Origin: a virus
Lineage: Duplodnaviria > Caudoviricetes
Strand: one strand, 5' to 3'
IMG/VR virus record: IMGVR_UViG_3300028591_000005
Location: 32,001 to 96,000 of that record
DNA: 64,000 nt
A program made the translations under genes and the position numbers. Below, in pieces: positions 59,323 through 64,000 of this stretch (position 1 is the first letter of the stretch; the number at the start of each line of letters is the position of its first letter). The notes under the pieces were generated by a model, which did no database searches, had not been told where the DNA came from, and saw nothing but the letters and a program-made list of their open reading frames with translations.

Positions 59323-60078
59323 TTATTTATTTTCAACATCAATAACAAATTCCCAATATAATTTTTCACCTGTTATTGGATGTTTACCAGCACTTTTATG
59401 TTCATTTGATGAATTACATACTCGTCCAATAGAACAAGCAGTTGCAAGACCACACCATCTTGCAGCATCCATCATTGTTTCAAAAATTTCTCCTGTATTA
59501 ATACATTTAACCTTTTTACCACCTTTACTTTTTCTATTTTCAGACATTTTTTCTAATGATTCTTTTGTATGATGTTTACCATAAAAAGGATGCTCTTCAC
59601 CAGCTCTTTTTCCTTTTCTATGTTCGGAAATTAACTGTTTTGATTCTTCAGTATGATGTTTGCCATAAAAAGGATTATTTTCTCCTGAAAATAATTCAGA
59701 CATAAGTTCTCGTTGTTTTTGAGACCAATGTTTACCCCTTTGAGAAATAGAATTAGATTCACCAATTTTCTTTTTTGTTTCTTCGGAATGTCGGAAATTT
59801 TTCCCTCCATCCGTAATATTATATCCAAAATTTTCATCTGTAGAATTATAAAATTTAATTAATTCTTGTTCTTTTTTATTAGCTTCTTCTACAGTTAAAT
59901 TAGTGTATAAAATAATATGTTCAAAATTATCCCAACCATATTTTAAAATTGCATTATAAAATCTTGGTGAAGTTTCATATCCTCTACCATTATCCCATCT
60001 TTTTTCAGGTTTTTGACAAGTTTGTCCTATATAAACTTTTCCATTTATTTTATTTTTATGAATATAAATTGTATACAT
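59323..60078 (-). CDS. Free-standing GIY-YIG homing endonuclease with NUMOD3 repeats
   Basis: YTIY...VYIGQT, GYNITDGG, repeated (N/H)PFYGKHHT.ES. Confidence 0.85.
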   Translation of the reverse strand: MYTIYIHKNKINGKVYIGQTCQKPEKRWDNGRGYETSPRFYNAILKYGWDNFEHIILYTNLTVEEANKKEQELIKFYNSTDENFGYNITDGGKNFRHSEETKKKIGESNSISQRGKHWSQKQRELMSELFSGENNPFYGKHHTEESKQLISEHRKGKRAGEEHPFYGKHHTKESLEKMSENRKSKGGKKVKCINTGEIFETMMDAARWCGLATACSIGRVCNSSNEHKSAGKHPITGEKLYWEFVIDVENK

Positions 60079-60173
60079 AATTATTCCTCCTTATATATTA
60101 TATATTAAAGGAAGATTTTCTATTGAAACACTTTGACCATTGATGTTATTTATATAATAAATTTTAATAAAAA

Positions 60174-60665
60174 TCAAGTAATAATATTATATGTTTTAAT
60201 CAAACGTTTATATTTTAAATTATTGTCACTTGCAAGAGCATCTACTATTTCATTTCCAAGAACTCCCGCATGACCGCTACATTTTTTAATAATATACTTA
60301 ATATTGATAAAATTAAGTAAATTATATAATTCTTTAACTAAATCAAGATTTTCAATAGGTTTATTCTTTGTTCTAACCCATCCTGCGGCAGCCCATTTCC
60401 AAATCCAATCATTACACATATTAACTACATATGCAGAATCGGAATATATTTCAAATTCATCATCATTTTCTGTCGTTTTTAATATGTAATTAATAGCATT
60501 AATCATTGCTCTTAATTCCATCCTATTATTAGTTGTATTTGGATGTAAAGCTTTTTCATAATATTTAATACAAGGTAATCCATCTTTTGTTTTTAATTCA
60601 AGTACAGCATAACCGCCTGGTCCAGGATTACCTGAACATGCACCGTCTGTATAGATTGTTCGCAT
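60174..60665 (-). CDS. rnhA: Ribonuclease HI
   Basis: IYTDGACSGNPGPGG, TNNRMEL, SDSAYV, GHAG..GNE..D; AGGAG RBS favours start 60665. Confidence 0.93.
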   Translation of the reverse strand: MRTIYTDGACSGNPGPGGYAVLELKTKDGLPCIKYYEKALHPNTTNNRMELRAMINAINYILKTTENDDEFEIYSDSAYVVNMCNDWIWKWAAAGWVRTKNKPIENLDLVKELYNLLNFINIKYIIKKCSGHAGVLGNEIVDALASDNNLKYKRLIKTYNIIT

Positions 60666-60827
60666 TAGTTTCTCCTTCTGTAAGAAGCTTCTCATTTATT
60701 CTACTATTATTATAACAAAATTTTTATAAAATGTCAAGTTGTTTGAACGTAGACTTCTCTAAAATTGAAAAGAAGATTTTGACAATAAAAAAATGCTGCA
60801 CAGATTTAACTCTGTGCAGCATATTAA

Positions 60828-61067
60828 TTATTCTTCGTCGCCTCTAACCGCATCGAATGTTTTTTCAATCATATCATTATATTTCTTTTTAGATACAGAA
60901 ACAAATGAAGTAAGAAGAGTTTCAATTGCAGCTAAGGTTGCAATTAATTGCTCACCATATGGAATATTCCAAATATTAATAATTGCTGTAATAAAAATTA
61001 CAATAGGCCCAATGTAACGAGCAATAAACTTAAGTACATCATACACTTTACTATTTTCAAATATCAT
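60828..61067 (-). CDS. Holin (two TM, Dp-1-like)
   Basis: 'KVYDVLKFIA...W.IPYGEQ...T' with two hydrophobic segments, coupled to endolysin. Confidence 0.75.
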   Translation of the reverse strand: MIFENSKVYDVLKFIARYIGPIVIFITAIINIWNIPYGEQLIATLAAIETLLTSFVSVSKKKYNDMIEKTFDAVRGDEE

Positions 61068-62416
61068 TAGGGTGCTCCTTTCCGGCCTTCAGCCTTTCCA
61101 AACATTATATAATGTGCATAATACATTTCTCTATTATCACCAAAAGCAGCTACAATATCAGGATATGCATTGGAATAATAAACAGGATCAAATTCAGCAG
61201 AACCTTGCCTAAATTCTTTCATTCCATTATTTTGAAAATGTAACCAAAGTGCATTAATATCATTTCCAAAAGCAGCTTTTAAATCTGCATAATGATCTGA
61301 ATAAAATGCAGGATCAAAAACCGGACTATAATCATATCCATTAATAATGAAACCAGTAGGAGTTTCAAGCTGCTGATTGACTGCAAGTGCAATATTAGGC
61401 ATACACATCATCAGGAAGTTGCCAGGACATGCTTTAGATGCAAACCATCTATGAACAGCCATATTTTGAAGTGAAGCATTTCCTACAAGTTTTGGATTAT
61501 TAGACCATAAAAGTTTAGGTATTCCGTTTCTCTTACAGATATCCGCACAAAGATTAATAATAGAAGTCATTGCTTGAGAGGATACATACCAGTCAGGTCC
61601 GAGAGTTGTATTACTTACTTCTATTGTTATTGAGCGATGGTCATAATCTGAACCTGTCCAACCATTGCATGTTTTATCTCCACCTGTTGTCCATGCTCTA
61701 TATTTCTCAGGAACATACTGCCAAATTTCTCCATTAGAAGAAATTCCATAATGTGAAGATGCTCCGCGCTTAGGATTAGCAAAAAGTTGACCGCATCTTT
61801 TTGCATCATAAGTACCTGCCATACAATGAATAATAATTGTATCAATTTTGTATTTACGTTGTGCAGTGTAGTTAGGTGACCACATAACACCAGTTACTAA
61901 TTTACTATCAGCTACCATTGTGCCTCCTTGATCATATTTTGTTAAATTCCATTTATCTATTACAGCCATTAAATTATCTACATAATTAATAGAAGTTGCA
62001 TAACCGCTATTTTTTAATGCTTGTAAGTATTCTCTCGGAGTTGTTGCAGTTTTTGCTGCATTATATTTACCACTATCAATAAATTGATAATATCCTTGAA
62101 CTCCAGTGTGCATATCTAAAAATTGGAACCATTTTGTAGTTATTGTATAATAACTTCCATCAGGTCTTTGTTCTGCGGAAGTTTCTGTGAAAAAGCCTGA
62201 ATTACAAGTTACTCTATTTTCTTTATATTTAAGTCCAAAATAATTATTTCTGTCATTATGAAGACCTTTATCAGAAGTAACTTTATTAGATGTGCCATAC
62301 CCAGATTCAAGACAAGCTTGAGCAATAATTGCAGAAGCTACACCCCAACCTAAATAATCTCTCCACGCAACCACATGAGGAGCTATTGAGTTAATAAAAT
62401 CTTCTTGTTTACTCAT
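61067..62416 (-). CDS. Endolysin: glucosaminidase + amidase_2 + repeated cell-wall-binding module
   Basis: AQACLESGYG/NNYFGLK/GYAT; IIIHC, ASSHY, SITIE, HRWF..KACPG; two 'FDP..Y...Y.D..AAFG...H....G..E.R' repeats. Confidence 0.88.
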   Translation of the reverse strand: MSKQEDFINSIAPHVVAWRDYLGWGVASAIIAQACLESGYGTSNKVTSDKGLHNDRNNYFGLKYKENRVTCNSGFFTETSAEQRPDGSYYTITTKWFQFLDMHTGVQGYYQFIDSGKYNAAKTATTPREYLQALKNSGYATSINYVDNLMAVIDKWNLTKYDQGGTMVADSKLVTGVMWSPNYTAQRKYKIDTIIIHCMAGTYDAKRCGQLFANPKRGASSHYGISSNGEIWQYVPEKYRAWTTGGDKTCNGWTGSDYDHRSITIEVSNTTLGPDWYVSSQAMTSIINLCADICKRNGIPKLLWSNNPKLVGNASLQNMAVHRWFASKACPGNFLMMCMPNIALAVNQQLETPTGFIINGYDYSPVFDPAFYSDHYADLKAAFGNDINALWLHFQNNGMKEFRQGSAEFDPVYYSNAYPDIVAAFGDNREMYYAHYIMFGKAEGRKGAP

Positions 62417-62438
62417 TTTACCTCCTGTTCCACGACAA

Positions 62439-62462
62439 ATAGCCTTGCTTTCGCAAGGCTAT
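62439..62462 (-). other. GAAA-tetraloop hairpin before the endolysin RBS
   Basis: ATAGCCTTGC-GAAA-GCAAGGCTAT on the minus strand. Confidence 0.6.
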
Positions 62463-62486
62463 AAGTCAGTTTATTATTAAATTTAT

Positions 62487-63998
62487 TTATTTCTTAATAT
62501 AAATATAACCAGATGATAAACCATTAAGTTCTGTTAAATTATACCAACTATGTCTTACTGTACTACCGACAGTACCACAATGTGAACCAACTTCTCCTTC
62601 ATTTGTTACTTGAAGCTGATCAAAATATGTTTTAAAACAGATTCTATATAATTTACCACTTTCAAATCTACTACTTCCATGAAGAACAATTTTCTCAACT
62701 CTTACTCCTGGGTCAGGATAATTATTTTCATTATAGTTAGCAATAGTATAGGTTTTACCATCAGATAACCTAACTTGAGAGACTTCAGGATGCCAATCTC
62801 CAGTTACGCTAAATGCACTTTCTTCAAAAGCATCATATTGAACATCAAATTTAGTAGAGGCAGTCTCATTGGTATATGATTCCCATGTATATCCACCATG
62901 ACCATTAGGTGTTCCTATTTCATATGTAAGTCCAATTTTAACAGATTTTGGATCGAATCCTTCAAAATATGTATAAAATACCATTTCAGAGCCATTAAAA
63001 ATATAAGGACTTCCCATACTATAAGCACTATTTTCAAATATGTATGTATTTGAATTAATTCTTTCTTGTCTAAGATTAAGAATAGCGCCAGTTACTTCGG
63101 GAATATAGCCAGTTGAGCAAGTATTAATGCCTACATCAACGATTGCATTTAAATTTGAATCCCATACATCTAATTGAAGTTTTATATCATAGAACTTATC
63201 TAAGTCAAAAATGGAGGCTTCATCTTTAACCATTTTGACCATTTCATAATCACCAATATTACCAAAGTTAGGGCAAGTACCAACAACATATGAATGCCAT
63301 GTACTTTCTCCTCTAGCTCTATAATAAAGAGTAGTCCAATATGATAACATAGGTTCTTGGTCTGCAGAATCTACATGATAACCTTTATTTTCAAGAGCCG
63401 TTTTAAGTGCGGCGATGAACTCAGGAGTCATTTTACCAAGCCTAAATGCTTCAGTACCTCTACGAAAACCGCCACCGTCGATAATGAATGGAGGAGGTGA
63501 TGGAGGTGCAGCAGTAATTTTTATAACATCCCAATTAATATCTTGTCCTTGATAATCATAATATGACCAATTTTCAATTTCATAGGGATGATTTCTAAGT
63601 CTATTATTACCAACAGTAGGACAATGATAAGAAAGATTGTTATCTGATAAATCACCTTGGTGAGTACTTACCGTAATAACATATAAATCTTGTGTAATAT
63701 CTTGTGCTAAGGTTACTTGAACACTAGGTATACCAGTAGTTATTTCAAAAGCATTAACATATGCGGATGCATCTGTTCCATCTGCAAATCTATAGTAATA
63801 TTTTACAGTAGAAGCATCTACAAAAAATGTATCATATGCTGCTCCTAATACTCTAGGATATGTATGATCTCCAAGGCTAACAAGAACAGATTGATATGCG
63901 GTTCCCGCACGACCTTGAGCACCACCATTTGAAATAAAACTAGAATCAAGTGTTGAAATACCAATACCTGATAATGTAGTAAATTTACATTCTAAAGC
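62487..63998 (-). CDS. Large beta-rich, probably virion-associated protein (5' truncated)
   Basis: Frame stays open from 63998 into the 62487..63431 ORF; Pro linker APPSPPP. Confidence 0.6.
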   Translation of the reverse strand, partial: ALECKFTTLSGIGISTLDSSFISNGGAQGRAGTAYQSVLVSLGDHTYPRVLGAAYDTFFVDASTVKYYYRFADGTDASAYVNAFEITTGIPSVQVTLAQDITQDLYVITVSTHQGDLSDNNLSYHCPTVGNNRLRNHPYEIENWSYYDYQGQDINWDVIKITAAPPSPPPFIIDGGGFRRGTEAFRLGKMTPEFIAALKTALENKGYHVDSADQEPMLSYWTTLYYRARGESTWHSYVVGTCPNFGNIGDYEMVKMVKDEASIFDLDKFYDIKLQLDVWDSNLNAIVDVGINTCSTGYIPEVTGAILNLRQERINSNTYIFENSAYSMGSPYIFNGSEMVFYTYFEGFDPKSVKIGLTYEIGTPNGHGGYTWESYTNETASTKFDVQYDAFEESAFSVTGDWHPEVSQVRLSDGKTYTIANYNENNYPDPGVRVEKIVLHGSSRFESGKLYRICFKTYFDQLQVTNEGEVGSHCGTVGSTVRHSWYNLTELNGLSSGYIYIKK

Positions 63999-64000
63999 AC

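Noticed and set aside
3294-61890. Many 60-137 aa ORFs antisense or out-of-frame within long genes (e.g. 3294-3533, 26076-26297, 44523-44834, 45614-45922, 51066-51473, 54330-54743)
   Set aside because: Shadow ORFs fully overlapping well-supported genes, without RBS or recognisable motifs
1-64000. Stop-codon reassignment
   Set aside because: Core genes are full length in the standard code and TAA, TAG and TGA all appear as stops
1-64000. Prophage integration module or host chromosomal DNA
   Set aside because: No integrase, att site or host-type operons; bacterial-like replication genes share phage promoters and are interleaved with phage genes

Overview
AT-rich segment of a large lytic tailed phage (Caudoviricetes), probably infecting a Firmicutes/Clostridia host. 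The host inference rests on SigA-type TTGACA-17-TATAAT promoters, AGGAGG RBSs, a CD1375-like tail chaperone and a SleB-type hydrolase. Standard genetic code. The + strand 1-19.7 kb is a tail module: tape measure C-terminus, large tail/baseplate proteins, tail fibre, a duplicated discoidin-like receptor-binding protein and chaperones. 19.7-23.5 kb holds an ORF-less small-RNA unit, a RuvC-like resolvase and a self-contained six-gene operon. That operon encodes a Gly/Cys-rich coiled-coil protein, a BclA/C1q-like beta protein and a ferritin-like protein; it has an inverted-repeat-flanked promoter and a structured leader, and is the best candidate for an undescribed system. The - strand 23.6-64 kb is a near-complete replication/nucleotide module: dUTPase, NrdD, DnaE, Dda/RecD-like helicase, RecJ, primase, DnaB, Sak4-like ATPase, SSB-like protein, ThyX-like protein, LigA, GyrA/GyrB and RNase HI. 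It also has five free-standing endonucleases, an ADP-ribosylhydrolase, a ClpP-like protease, a tRNA-like RNA lacking a normal anticodon arm, a holin-endolysin pair and a truncated structural-like gene. Two promoter classes, tandem NrdR-like boxes, duplicated gene 3' ends at insertion sites and a shared ExESAF peptide motif are visible directly in the sequence. All family assignments come from motif recognition by eye; no searches were run.
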